Assembly: GCA_951406725.2 (NCBI GenBank)
Contig: OX597835.1
Location: forward strand, 44,888,001-44,952,000
Direction: 5' to 3'
DNA length: 64,000 bases
From: Octopus vulgaris
Taxonomy: Eukaryota
Below the pieces are notes generated by a model that saw nothing but the letters and a program-made list of their open reading frames with translations, was not told the origin of the DNA and searched no databases. Below, one piece after another: positions 1 to 15,069 of this stretch; position 1 is the stretch's first letter; the number at the start of each line of letters is the position of its first letter. A program made the translations under genes and the position numbers.

Positions 1-45
<45 letters not shown>

Positions 46-363
46 TATATCCCGAGTCAGGAGAGCTGGTATTAGACACAAAATATGATACTTGGATAAT
101 ATCCTTACTCTCTTAGGAATCTCGTGCGTCCAAGGATGAATTATTCAAACTCAACAGAAACCTGCTCAATAGATGGCTTTGACATTCCACCACATCTCAT
201 GTTGTACATATGCTACTAAAGAGTTAAGCTAAAGCAACTGACAAGCAATTTTGTGGTACTGGGCAGAATATTTGCTGTAGGCCATTTTTTGTACAGCAGA
301 ACGTAATATGTAAATATTCGCACGTTGATTCAGTTAAGGAACTGTCTAGCATTGCATCATGGC

Positions 364-1360
<997 letters not shown>

Positions 1361-2010
1361 TCTCTTTATAACGGGTTTTGTTGGAACGCCTGCAGTCTGA
1401 CATGCGTAGCCGTCTAGCTATCCGCAGCCTACAGTACCATGCTCTTTGTTCTTTTCAGGTACTTAATACTTTCCTGATTATTCTGTCCGTGCCAAGGAGG
1501 CAAATCTTTTGTAACTGTTATACTGGGCACTCTATTGCAATTCCCTTTATATTCCTCTTTATTCCTTCTGCTACTGTTCCCAAAGACACAACAATAATTG
1601 ACACTATGTTCACCTTCTTCATTTTCCATAGCCGGGCGATTTCGTACTTAAGAGGGTTGTATCTATCTATCTTTTTGCCTTCCTTCTTGACTATTCGTGG
1701 GTCAAAGGGACATGCATCATCAACTATATAGCATCGATGGTGCACCTATGTCCACCACCACGAGGTCCGATCTGTTATGCTCTGGCACCTGTTCTGTTTG
1801 TTTTGGGAAATCCTAGAGGATTTTGCGAGTCTCCGATTCCACCACACTCTGCGGTTTGTGATCATACCACGTCTTGCATCTCACTAGCCACCACTTTTCG
1901 CACAGTTTCCAATGTAGCACTTTCGCTATCCGATGGTGTCGCCACACCATGTAATGGTTTTGGGGCAAGTCAAGAGCATTTTGTCGTGATATGGTCAAAG
2001 CCAGAAACAC
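1361..2010 (-). mobile_element. Second R4/Dong-like RLE LINE 3' fragment (different family)
   Basis: WRHHRIAKVLHWKLCEKW...WYDHKPQSVVESETRKIL...CYIVDDACPFDPRIVKKEGKKIDRYNPLKYEIARLWKMKKV...LQKICLLGTDRIIRKVLST*, with frameshifts and stops. Confidence 0.8.
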
Positions 2011-2139
2011 TCACTCTTTCCTAAGATTGAACTTCCAGGATGTTCTTTTCACAGCGATAATGCTCTTCTCAGTACATGAGTCGTTCCGGCTAACACGATT
2101 TTTTGTCCTTCCTGTAGGGATAGTGAGCCTGGTATCATT

Positions 2140-2492
2140 TTCAAATAGGTTTCAGTACCTTTTTTTTATCATTCCTAGAGATCCTAAAATCACTGGTACT
2201 GTAGTCGCTTTGAGATGCCACATTTTTTCAATTTCTATTAGCAAGTCTTTATATTTACTGATCTTGTCAAATTCTTTCTCCGCCAAATTGTGATCGCAAG
2301 GAATACTCATGTCAATTAATAAACACGCCTTTTTTTGTCTGATCTTTTATAATAATATCCGGTTTATTAGCTTTTATAGTTTTCTCGGAATGTACGGGGA
2401 AGTCCTAGAGAATCGACACATTTTCTCAGTCACAGCTTCAGGAAGGTGGTTATACTATTTGTCAGCGGTTTTGATTTTATAATGCCGACATC
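2140..2492 (-). mobile_element. Third R4/Dong-like RLE LINE fragment
   Basis: DFPVHSEKTIKANKPDIIIKD...CLLIDMSIPCDHNLAEKEFDKISKYKDLLIEIEKMWHLKATTVPVILGSLGMIKKGTETY; degenerate. Confidence 0.8.
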
Positions 2493-2702
2493 ATATTATT
2501 ATTATTATTATTATTAATATTATTATTATTATTATTATTGTTTTTATTATTATTATTATTATTAATATTATCATTATTATTATTATTGTTTTTATTATTA
2601 TCAGTATTAATATTATTACTATTACTACTACAATTATTATTATTATTATCATCATCATTATTATTATTATTATTTTTATTTTTATTATTATTATTATTAT
2701 TA

Positions 2703-2772
<70 letters not shown>

Positions 2773-2823
2773 TCATTATTAATATTATTACTATTACTAT
2801 TACAATTATTATTATTATCATCA

Positions 2824-2855
<32 letters not shown>

Positions 2856-2964
2856 TTTATTTTTATCATTATTAATATTATTACTATTACTATTACAATT
2901 ATTATTATTATCATCATCATTATTATTATTATTATTATTTTTATTTTTATTTTTATTATTATTA

Positions 2965-3034
<70 letters not shown>

Positions 3035-3043
3035 CATTACTAT
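2493..3043. repeat. Interrupted (ATT)n array with internally duplicated variant blocks
   Basis: The block attaatattattactattactattacaattattattattatcatcatcatt recurs about 3 times. Confidence 0.9.
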
Positions 3044-3512
3044 GATTGTGTAAGAAGCGATTCATACATTTTTACGCATACCTCCTTTCGCTGTGTGTTT
3101 TCATTCCACCTGTAATTAGCTCACGCAGTTTACTATTTGCATGCCATACGGGGACATTTTCATTAATAGGTCTTTCTAAAGCGATTAGTATTTGGTATAA
3201 AGAACAGTTTTTGAATACTACATTGTCAAAGGCTACTCCATTAAGTTTTTTGTTTTCCTAATGCTTATGGTTTTTTCATGAAATAATGGCTTTCAATTAC
3301 GTAGTTTATTTATTTATTTTACCCTTTGTAGCTTATTGTTAATAAATAAGTTACTTTCGGTTCAATTTACGTCTATGAAAACAGTAAAAGTCTGTCCATT
3401 TTCAGAAGAACAAAGAAATTTCGACTGCAGTTATTTTTCTTATATTAGCATCAACCATTCTGGGAGGAGTAACTTTGATGGACTTATAACACTGATTCTA
3501 GTGATTGAATTG

Positions 3513-3565
3513 CAGTATGCAAATAAGCTTCAGTATGCAAATAAGCTTCAGTATGCAAATAAGCT
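3513..3565 (+). repeat. 3 x 18-bp tandem repeat CAGTATGCAAATAAGCTT, each with a perfect octamer ATGCAAAT
   Basis: Units at 3513, 3531 and 3549. Confidence 0.9.
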
Positions 3566-3752
3566 GCGAGTGAAGCCGTTACGCTCATAAATGATCAGTA
3601 AACTAACACAACTCTAAAAATCTTACTGCAAGATTCATCAAGTCGAAGACTATACATTCGCACCAGGCAACAGATATAAATAATGGGACATTGATTTACA
3701 GGTTTGGATATTAGCTCATGAATTTTCCTGAAATGCGCTGATAATTTATATA

Positions 3753-4117
3753 CAGCAATCCCCTGCCGTATGCGGTGCAACCAGCGCGGTTCGCCTTTCG
3801 CGGTTCGTCTTTCGCGGTTCGCCTTTCGCGGTTCGTCTTTCGCGGTTCGCCTTTCGCGGTTCGCCTTTCGCGGTTCGCCTTTCGCAGTTCGCCTCTCGCG
3901 GTTCGCCTTTCGCGGTTCGTCTTTCGCGGTTCGCCTTTCGCGGTTTATTATTTAAGCTACGTCGATTCCCCCGTGGTCTTCTTTTGCATTTATAATAAAA
4001 TAAATATATACAAATTATAGAAATAATGAAAATAAAAATATACAGTATTGTTTCTACTTCGTGGATTTTCACCTATCACGCCATAACGTAACATCCGCGA
4101 TAGTCGAGGGAATACTG
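3753..4117. mobile_element. Tigger/pogo-like MITE with an internal 14-bp minisatellite
   Basis: TA flanks and imperfect TIRs (CAGCAATCCCCTG.. / ..CGAGGGAATACTG). About 11 copies of CGCGGTTCGYCTTT at 3785-3938. Homologous to 43869-44099. Confidence 0.7.
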
Positions 4118-4498
4118 TAATAGGATATTAAAGTATTAGAATAAATAAATATATATAAATGGCGTCAACTGTAACTCACATTAAATTGCTTTAATTTTCT
4201 GATCAAATACTTACGTACATCGCCGTCGTCGTCGTCATCGGCAGCGGCGGCAGTGTTTTATCGAGTGTCCGATAATTTATTTGGTTTTTCCTTGAGCATT
4301 TCTTCTCCTTTGCCCGTGATTATATTTCAGATGACTAACGATACCGATTCTTGCATGGAAGCGTTTGTTCACAAGTTCACAAGTGATCCGTGGTGGAGGC
4401 TTTGGCTGTTGTAGCCTCCATTTTCTTTCTTGTCGTTTCTCTTCCTCTTTCCGCTGGCATCTTGAAGCTGAAGCTACATATATATTTGTCTACAAGTC

Positions 4499-4614
<116 letters not shown>

Positions 4615-4626
4615 AATATATATATA

Positions 4627-4744
4627 TTGGCCTGCTCGCTTAGCCAGCGGGGTGGCGTCATTTGAAGGCTAAAACAATGCGAAACGCATTATGACCAGCG
4701 ATGTGTAGCAACATCTGATAGCCTGGCTGGTCACGGTGATCACG

Positions 4745-4749
<5 letters not shown>
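4627..4749 (+). mobile_element. 3' tail fragment of a SINE (same tail as 26525-26803)
   Basis: TTGGCCTGCTCGCTTAGCCAGCGGGGTGGCGTCATTTGAAGGCTAAAACAATGCG...GTCACGGTGAT, shared with 12502-12618 and 26683-26803. Confidence 0.75.
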
Positions 4750-4793
<44 letters not shown>

Positions 4794-5340
4794 CTTTTTG
4801 CGAAAAGTGGAACATGGAGTGAGTATATAAAACCATAAATAATAGAAATATTGTCTCGAAAACTCGAAGGGTTAAGTAGATGGGTTCGACTCCTCCATCC
4901 AGACTTTGAATTTTTCCATTAAAAAAGATTTTTCTTCCCAGTATTTTCATGTTATGTGCGCCAAATTTCACGGTTCGAACGAATAAACTCTTTACGTTCT
5001 TCCGAAAGATTATGAATTTTATAACGTTGACACCATATAATTTTCGCAGCTAAGGAAAACGTTTTTAAAGCGGGTGGTGTAATTTGAAGGCTTGCCGTGG
5101 TCCAGTGAGACTTCATCCGTCATGTCTAATAGACAAAGGAATTCAAGTCCCACAGCAGACTTCGATTTTTTTAATTCAATGTTCAGATATTGTATGTGTA
5201 GCTTCATATCCCGTTCTCTCGATAGATTATAAATTTTCATGCCATTAATAATCTATTCATCTATATATGTGTATGTGCATGTATATCTATATCAATATAT
5301 ATATAAATATATTTATATATTATATACACACAGATATGTA

Positions 5341-6098
<758 letters not shown>

Positions 6099-6109
6099 TA
6101 TATATATAT

Positions 6110-6311
6110 TACGGAGATGTACTCGCATAGCAAGTGATTTGATCTGAGATCGTGTGCTGAAACGAAAACAGTTGCAGCGTGGAAGGTGTTTGTAAGCCAT
6201 TTAAGAAACACACAAAAGCCGTTCGATTCACTTCAACATTTAAGTTTAATTTGTCAAAATATTTTCGTCGCTTTAAGACCGCGACCTGTTCACTGACAAA
6301 GATCCGTGCTG

Positions 6312-6312
<1 letters not shown>
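6110..6312 (-). mobile_element. Hammerhead-containing short repeat (pLTR or retrozyme-like), same family as 25975-26309
   Basis: Close match to 25975-26172; inserted in (TA)n. Confidence 0.65.
6250..6300 (-). ncRNA. Type I hammerhead motif, G3:C8 variant (GTGAACA)
   Basis: TTTGTCA-GTGAACA-g-GTCGC-ggtcttaaa-GCGAC-GAA-AATATT-T-TGACAAA: 7-bp stem I, 5-bp stem II, palindromic stem III. Confidence 0.65.
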
Positions 6313-6371
<59 letters not shown>

Positions 6372-6734
6372 TTGTGTGTGTGTGTCTGTGTGTGTGTGTC
6401 TGCATGCGTTTGTGCGTGTGTGTGTATATATGTGTGGACGCATGTAAGAATGAATGTATGTATATACCAATCCCCTTCCAAATTGTGATACGGCCAATGT
6501 TCAAACGACATATGCAACCTGTCCTTTCAGTTGCTGGTTTCAAAATGCATGTCAAAGGACTTTATAATGTGGTCCCTATTCCTTCTGCCAGGCAGCTGTG
6601 CTTTATGCAACAGAACAGGCAAACCTTTGTCCGGCATCAGGGGGCATACAAGAGTCTCACGTTATCTCGTCTATGACTTCTTTCAACGATTCTTTCTAGC
6701 AATAGCTTTGCTTGTATACAAGAAACAAGCTGCT

Positions 6735-7157
6735 ATGTATGTATGTATGTATGTATGTATGTATGTATGTATGTATGTATGTATGTATGTATGTATGTAT
6801 GTATGTATTATGTATGCATGTATGTATGTATGTATGTATGTATGTATGTATGTATTGTGTATGTATGTATGTATGTATGCAAGCATGTATGTATGTAAGT
6901 GTGCATGTATGTATGCATGCATGTATGTATGTATATATATGTGTGTATGTATGTAAGTGTGTATGTATGTATGGATGCATGTATGTATGTATGTGTGTAT
7001 GTATATATGTAAGCATGCATGCATATATGTATGTATGTGTGTATGTATGCATGTATGTGTGTATGTATGTATATATGTATGTATGTATGTATGTGTGTAT
7101 GTATGTATGTGTGTATGTATGTATTCATGCATGTATGTATGCATGTATGTATGTATG
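6735..7157. repeat. Degenerate (TATG)n satellite
   Basis: Direct inspection. Confidence 0.95.
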
Positions 7158-7430
7158 TCATTATTCAATTTATTTCAAGATTTCTGGCCAATAGAGAAAG
7201 AACCGGTTTCTAACCTAGATCGAATCTCCTTCAGTAGAATTTCAACATTAACAACAGGGTATTTTAGTTTGAATGTATGTATGTAGGCATGTATGTATAA
7301 ATGTGCGGTTAGATTTGTATGTTTTATGTATGTATTCTTATGCATATAGTTGCATACCTAGAATGCTCATATATATTAAATTATAAACTTCTGGAAATTT
7401 TACAGATTTTTACAGTTCCAGTAGTCTTCG
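7158..7430. repeat. Dispersed repeat (probable PLE terminal repeat); inverted homolog at about 16320-16580
   Basis: Shared AACAACAGGGTATTT and GAAACC(G/C)GTTCTTTCTC segments; decayed hammerhead-like CTGAAGG...GAAACCGGT on the minus strand. Confidence 0.55.
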
Positions 7431-7987
7431 AATTAGCTTTCTCTGTATGAAATTGTGTGTGTATGTATATATGTAAGTATGTGCGTATGAATGTATGTGT
7501 GTAGATGTGTATGTATATAATATGCATCTGTGGATATGTAGATGTGTTTAGTATATTTTTCATGAGGTATAGCATGATGACGATTAAATATCTTATTGTT
7601 TTCTTCGTAAAGCCGGAACAGCGTGAGTTATGAGAAATGAGATATGTCAATGGTTTGTGCTATTATCATATGATTCGTTATTTCGGAGAATCGTTGTTGC
7701 AATTTTGCTATATTTTCAGTGGTGTGTGTATGGTGGGTGATTTTGCATGCGAAGGATAGCATTGTTATAACAACTAGTCACCTACCTGCATTTCTGTTCT
7801 CGTACAATAAGTGATTTTGTCTTTCTAATACTAATGGCATTTTTTATTCCCAGGTTCCGAACGTTCTGTTCCTTGGCTTCAATTAAAATTGCCACAGAAC
7901 AAGAGAAGGCGTATCGGAGCAACTGTGACTGTTTGGTGTATATACATTTTGTTTGTGTGTCCTGCAAACATAGTATTTTACTTTTTT

Positions 7988-8170
7988 TGTCCCCCTAGCA
8001 TTGCTTGACAACCGATGCTGGTGTGTTTATGTCTCCGTCACTTAGCGGTTCGGCAAAAGAGACCGATAGAATATGTACTGGGCTTACAAAGAATAAGTCC
8101 CGGGGTCGAGTTGCTCGATTATAGGCGGTGCACCAGCATGGCCGCAGTCAAAATGACTGAAACAAGTAAA
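7988..8170 (+). mobile_element. SINE 3' half (family of 20597-21032)
   Basis: GCATTGCTTGACAACCGATGCTGGTGTGTTTA...CAGCATGGCCGCAGTCAAAATGACTGAAACAAGTAAAA. Confidence 0.8.
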
Positions 8171-8827
8171 AAGAAGAAAGAAAAAGAAAAAAATTGCTGT
8201 CCGGAATTATATGCATGACGGGAAGCGTATCCGTCGGTAGAATAACAAACGAAAGTAGTACGGCTTAATGAAATTTGTAAGAGTGCATCCTTATCCAAAC
8301 CAGTCTCATTATAAATATGCATATATGTATGAATGCGTTTATGAGTTCATTCAGGGTTATCTGTAAACATCAATGTGATAATCCGATGCAGAGATATAAG
8401 AATGAAGTTTCTAGACTAAAGTGTAAAACTCCAAACCGGAATTTGCGTCAATCAGCGGTTATTCTGCACATTTAAATATCTTTCACTGGCTTCTGTCCAC
8501 ATATTTACATGCAGAATACACAAAAGCAAGCGTGGCTACGTTTTATCAGAAGACACCAAAGCTAAACAAATACGATAGCTGAATACCGACCATATTTAAA
8601 ATGGAGTCTGTATATCACGGCACACACACACACGTTATTGTTTGTATCGATACACACACACATATACACACACGCAAATACGTCACACACACATCAATAT
8701 ATACATGTGTATATGTATGCATGCCTACACGTATCTTTTATTGTATATCTGATTAAATACACTCACAGAGGCACACACACACACACCACACATATTAAGA
8801 TATATATTTATAAATAACCAGTTTAAA

Positions 8828-8865
<38 letters not shown>

Positions 8866-8925
8866 TTTTTATACATATACACATTGATACATGTACACAT
8901 ACTGACACGCATATATGTATATGTA

Positions 8926-9015
<90 letters not shown>

Positions 9016-9212
9016 TGTGTGTATATATATGTATATACTATTCTGAAGCTATTAATAGAATGTATATTTGTGCAAAATTTTACGAGAGGCTTCAATGCAT
9101 TTAGATATTTCAAAGCTTATAAAATACTAATAATATTTATTTTAAACAAGCTCTGTGAAAACAGACTGCAACTATTAACATAAATACATATACACCTGCA
9201 TACGCATAGATG

Positions 9213-9264
<52 letters not shown>

Positions 9265-9277
9265 TATATATATGTTG

Positions 9278-9321
<44 letters not shown>

Positions 9322-9487
9322 TATATATATGTGTACGTGTGTGTGTGTGTATGTAGGAAAGAAAAGCAGTATAGAATTAGCACCAGTCTTTATTCAGTAG
9401 GACAATTCTTTTTCTGTCCGTTATGGGTGGGATATTGTGCATCTAACTGCGTCGCATCTTTCTGTGCGCTTTGTACCGTAACAGGTA

Positions 9488-10200
9488 TCAGGTCGGTGCA
9501 AATATAATGGTCGATTTTAAGCTCTCTATTAAAGATGAAAATGCCCTTGATTAAGACTATATTTATTCGTTAACATAATTTTCATTGCTTTCTAGAACTT
9601 CATTCCATCTGTGAAGGAGCTTACAAACGCTACGTTTGTAAAATTGTTGAGGTATTGATGCGAAATATGACTCCAACACATTTTCTGTTGGTGTCAGCCT
9701 GAAACCATCCAAATGGCTGTTATATCTCCGAAACAAGTCATAATCAGAAAGAGCAAGATCTGGAGAATATGGAAGATGAAGAAATATTTCCCACCCAAGT
9801 GTCTCCAAGAAATTTTTGGTCAGTCCAGCTGTGTGAGAACGTGCATTATTATCATGGTGGAAGATGATACCCTTTCTGTTGACTATGCAGGGTCGCATTC
9901 TGTTCAAAGCAGCTTTCAAACGATGATGTTGATCACAGTTGAGATTAACTGTAACTGTTTGATTGTTTTCTACCAGATCGTAGTGGACAATTCCTTCAAT
10001 ATTCCACCTTACACTCAACAAGATCTTCCTTGGACGAAGTCCTGCTCTTGGTTGATGAACAGGTCTTTCTGATCGGCTGAACCAAGATCGGCGGCGTTTA
10101 AAGCTATGGTAAAGGACCCACTTCTCATCACCTGTAACAATCCTTCTCAAAAATGGTTCTGCAACTTTTTTTCACTCAATACATCATCCGCGTAAACTCT
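9488..10200 (-). mobile_element. mariner (DD34D) transposase relic with one TIR
   Basis: RIVTGDEKWVLY, HHDNNARSH and PYSPDLALSDYDLF in ORF 9563-10150; TA followed by TCAGGTCGGTGCAAAT at 9486-9503. Confidence 0.9.
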
Positions 10201-10289
10201 CTGAAGAGACTTTGCATTGAATCTTTTATAAAACTCCTAGAGTAACACATGTCTGTGATCTTTAGATGAGACGATCATGGGTGCGAATA

Positions 10290-11237
10290 TAGCAGAAGGT
10301 CATGGCCAATACAATCAGAATTTGAAAGGAAAAGGTATAAATGACTCTCATTGTGACATTCTTAAAACATTGTAAGAAACAATTTCAAAAAAAAAAAAAA
10401 TCTAAAACTGTTTTCCAAAAGTCCGTCATTGAGTAGGAGCCCCGTAAAACCACTGGAGAACTGACAAAAGTTAGCAAGAAAGCCATTTCCATGCGATCGT
10501 AAAATCAAAGGAGCTCGACAAATGGGTGCCACACGATTTGAATGAAAATCAGGAAATGCACAGATATGAAGGTTGTTCGTAGCTTCTTCTCCGTAACCAG
10601 ACCGATCCATTTCTCAATCGTATTGTAACTTGCGATTACAAGTGGATTCTATAATATAATAAGAACGTTCTTCGCAGATGTTGGACCAAAACGAAGCACC
10701 AAAAGACCTTCCCTAAATGCAAGCTCTTCAAAAAGAAGGTTATGCTGTCTGTTTGGTGGTGTACTGCTAGACTCATTCACTATAACTATTGTTGCAGAAA
10801 CATATTACCATGAAATTGCGAAAATGAACGAGAAACAGTTAGTCCTGTGCCCTAGACTGCTAAACAGACGAGTGACAATCATTCTTCATGACAATACTCG
10901 ACCACACGTTACACTGATGACGCTCCAGAAGTTGAGGGAACTTGGCTTCGAAGTTCTTCCCCACAAAACTTATTCCCCAGACCTACTACCACTTTTTCAT
11001 GCATCTTGATGGTTTCCTGCGAGAGCGGGAGTTCAAAAATAAAACCGATACGATCAAAGAGTTCATCAGCTTCAAAACCCCAGATTTTTATGTTACAGGA
11101 ATAAACAAACGTGTAAGTCGTTGGCAAAAATGTGTTCGCTGTAATTGTACATACTTTGATGGAAAAACAATTCCGCATTGTTGAAATATATTGTGATGAA
11201 TATCATGTTTCAGAATGTTGCTTACATTTTACTCAGC

Positions 11238-11241
<4 letters not shown>
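10290..11241 (+). mobile_element. Second mariner transposase relic (frameshifted) with 3' TIR
   Basis: [28 protein letters not shown] and YSPDL motifs; ends TTTTACTCAGCCTGA followed by TA. Confidence 0.88.
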
Positions 11242-11279
<38 letters not shown>

Positions 11280-11280
11280 C

Positions 11281-11319
<39 letters not shown>

Positions 11320-11898
11320 TGTGTGTAGGTTTGTTCTTCTGTGTCTGTGCAAGCATCCAGTCTCACACATTGACACATGGTCTATTTCTTCGACCTCCGT
11401 TAATCACTCATTTATCTCTGGTTGTATCCCACTATGCCATTAATTGCTATTATAAATCTACTGGATTAAAATGGCGACAGTCTTCTCCGTGTCATGTCCG
11501 ACGTGTCCTTTTGCGCAAGATAAACGTTCGAAAAGGCCAAGCATAATTTATGAAACTTAATCACCTGCTTCCCTGAAATACAATGTACTATAAATATAGA
11601 CGTATTTATATTAATGAATATGTCATATCCTGTTGATGGCGTTATCTGAATGCGTTCATATCTGCCGTCAGAAGCGATACACTTTCTGTATGCATTTGTT
11701 GTGAAATCACAGACACCTACTAACAAAGTCACTCACACACATATATATCTGTATATATGTAAATGGAGATATACGTATGTACGATTATACACTAATCTAC
11801 GATGCACGAATACAAGTTTGTGTTAGAGCAAATTCATTAATGTATGGAGAGACTGCATTTTAAAAATATATTACTTCTCATTATTTATAACTCTCCGT

Positions 11899-12075
11899 AA
11901 GGCGGCGAGCTTGGCGGAATTTCGTCTGTCTACATGTTTTGAGTTCAAATTTCATCGGGGTCGACTCTGCCTTCCATCCTTTTCGGGGTCTGGAAAATAA
12001 GTACCCAATTGAGCACTGGAGTCTTACTCCCTGCCCACCAAATTTCACGACGTGTGCCTATACTAGAAAGGATTA
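11899..12075 (+). mobile_element. Degenerate SINE with a MetaSINE-like central domain
   Basis: GGCGGCGAGCT head and GTCGACTCTGCCTTCCATCCTTTTCGGGGTC...AATAAGTACC core. Domain assignment is from memory. Confidence 0.6.
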
Positions 12076-12159
12076 ATTATATTCCCATAAATATATATCC
12101 GCAGATTTATTCGTGCATACATACATAAGGGTTCGTGTATGCTGTATATGCATTGTTTA

Positions 12160-12198
<39 letters not shown>

Positions 12199-12199
12199 A

Positions 12200-12399
12200 C
12201 GAGGGTGTGCTAAAAAGGTCCTGAGTTTGGGTTCTGAGGTGGATCTGTTAATTATGACTTTAATCACCATATTTCCCTCTCACATTCAAACACTCATTGC
12301 AGAGGTCCTTCGGGTTTTCTAAAAACACCATGAAAGAACTCGGAAGTTTGGGCCCCCAACACAGGCACTTAAAGCCAGAAACTTTTCAGTACCATCTCG
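12200..12399. mobile_element. mariner-derived MITE
   Basis: TA|CGAGGGTGTGCTAAAAAGGTCCTG ... CCAGAAACTTTTCAGTACCATCTCG|TA imperfect TIRs. Confidence 0.7.
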
Positions 12400-12501
12400 T
12401 ATACATATATATTTAATATACATACATACATATATATATATATATACATATATATATACATATATATAGATACATATATATAATTACATATATATATATA
12501 T

Positions 12502-12618
12502 ATCACCGTGATCACCGTGACCGACCAGGCCATCAGATGTTGTTACACATCGCTGGTCACAATGCGCTTCGCATTGTTTTTTAGCCTTCAAATGACGCCA
12601 CCCCGCTGGCTAAGCGAG
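12502..12618 (-). mobile_element. SINE 3' tail fragment
   Basis: Reverse complement of 4627-4749, in (TA)n. Confidence 0.75.
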
Positions 12619-12696
<78 letters not shown>

Positions 12697-12709
12697 ATAT
12701 ATATATATG

Positions 12710-13320
12710 AGAAATTAAAAAAAGAAAATTAAAAAAGAAAATACGCATACTTACATAGTTTTTGTATAATTTTTGATATATCGACCGGTTTCACAATCGC
12801 TATTCATGATATTATGTTTTACTTATTTCAATATGTATTTTTTCTTAAGAGGACATTTTGTGCATGTTGTTTGTGATGATATTTACTAGTGAATGACTCC
12901 ACAAGAAGATAAATAACGGGTGGTAATTGGTTATCGTTATTATTGTTATTGTTGTGGGTAAGGTAAATAACTCTTCAGCTTTTGGAAATAGGAGGGGAAT
13001 ATATATGTGTACAAAGAGAGACAAGTTTCAAAAACCTTGTTTAGTGAGGGGATTTATGTACTGTGATGTAATCGTGAATTGAAATATGTAAAAAGGTAAA
13101 AGTTGGTTATGCGTGCATATTAAGACGTGTTCTGTAATTTTCAATGAAAAATGCTTCTTTATTTAAACGTTCTTGTGGAGATATTGTGTCTTTGCACTGG
13201 AAGAAAGGGAAGACTGTGAAATTTCGTTTGATGTTACCTGCACATTTTTCTATATGTTCACTGAGAGGAATTTACCTGTGTTGCGGGAAACGGATTTGCT
13301 CTTTATGTAGAGTGGTTCTC
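12710..13320 (-). mobile_element. Penelope-like element 3' remnant (GIY-YIG end, 3' UTR, hammerhead)
   Basis: About 13120-13320 on the minus strand reads TTLHKEQIRFPQHR*IPLSEHIEKCAGNIKRNFTVFPFFQCK...ERLNKEAFFI, homologous to the 57.9 kb relic. Hammerhead at 12778-12812 on the same strand. Confidence 0.7.
12778..12812 (-). ncRNA. Minimal type I hammerhead motif, A3:U8 variant (ATGAATA)
   Basis: ATATC-ATGAATA-GCGATTGT-GAA-ACCGGT-C-GATAT; GUC triplet; stem II is weak. Confidence 0.5.
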
Positions 13321-13332
13321 TCTCTCTGTCTC

Positions 13333-13391
<59 letters not shown>

Positions 13392-13408
13392 TCCACCTTC
13401 CATCTTCC

Positions 13409-13505
<97 letters not shown>

Positions 13506-15069
13506 CACATATATGTATACACATATTGAATATTTTGGCATATTTTCGACAAACATCACATTCACCTACGCAGATGCACGATCATGTGCTCTCGCACACA
13601 CCTACAAATACACACCCGCGCACACCTCAACACTCACAGGCAGACATAACAATTACAAACACACAAACGGATATACATGCATGAGAGGCCTAACACCACT
13701 CGCCTTCACCAGAAACACACACACATGCACATATTTCAACCAGGTTGCATTGCTGCTACGTGGGTGTTAGTATGCCTGTCGGGAATGTATTTCAGCCAAC
13801 CACAGACGAGTGAATTCGTCTGATGAAGCGGGAGTAATGAATGCCGCTACACTTTTTAGTGTAGAGGGATTTTAAGCTTGAAGTTACCAATGTGTGACGA
13901 ACAGAGAAAAGGGAGTGGGAAAAGGGTTAACTACAGAGAATTTGAAAGTGGATCAGGGAACTAATAAGAAACCCCTAGTAATACAATCTGTACTCGTAAC
14001 CGAGTGCATTCCTCTCCTGCTACCTCACACAATGAATTAAATTCTTTGATATTGTTGCTACATATCCAATGTACCGACGCTCCAACAATTTAGTAAAACT
14101 ATGCTAGAAACTGAAGATTAGCGCTTTAAATTTTCATTGAATTATTTTTTGCAGATAAGAACTGATCTATTTCAATCCACCAATTAACTATTTTCAAGAA
14201 TTTGGATCCTCGCTTTTCTTCGTTTCTTTTACCGTGTTGCCTTTGTTTCTTTCTTTGTGGAAATTTTCAGAAACAAATTGGTGTTGATTTTCGTTACATT
14301 GATCCTTACACTGTTCTTATTTTAGTGCATTAGCAATGATTCTAAACCATTGATTTCGCTCCCAGACATACTCTTTCAGTATTGACCTGCTTGTTGCCAG
14401 TAGATACAAATCCTCAAACTGATGACAAATAGTTATATTGATCCCGACTCACTGAAAATACTGAGCACTGATCGTAAAATATCCATGATGGATAATCGCT
14501 AACTATTTACATTTTACACAATCACTACAGAAACTTCCTTTTGTTCAGCTTTCCTCCATCCTGCCCACACGCTTTGCCTTCTTAAACACTTTCTTCTAAA
14601 CGAATGTTCTTCGTAGCTTCTTAAAATTTTTTCCAAGAAATTTCTTTTTCACCAAATATCTGTTTTCTGCATTAATTTGGTATCATATTCATTTCTTCCG
14701 TCTCTGACCCAGGTTAGCAAATATAACCTGTACCAATCCTCTCGCCTCTATCGTGTCTAGTGAGATCTCAGCTACTTCTTCAATTTTCGCATTCTCCATT
14801 TTTGTCCTATATTCACTCTATCCCGAGATCCACATCCCATGGAGACTACTGGATCATGTAGCTCACTGTCTCTTTTAAGACGTTTTGAGCGACGCTTAAA
14901 TCACTACTTCATGTTAAAAATAACTAAATTTCAGCGTTGCTTTGTAAAGGTAACTATCGCAGAATTTTTCAAGAATATGGTTCTACTCTTTCTTTCATTG
15001 CTAATGTTTCATGGACTTGGGGCATTCGAAACAATATGTTACTAGTAGTTACTGAATGTTGCAACTAGA

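Noticed and set aside
3785-3945. CRISPR-like array
   Set aside because: Head-to-tail units without spacers, eukaryotic context and no cas genes.
13820-13864. CTGATGA-AGCGG..CCGCT-ACACT..AGTGT-A hammerhead-like fold
   Set aside because: The essential GAA after stem II is missing and stem I is poor; at best a dead relic.
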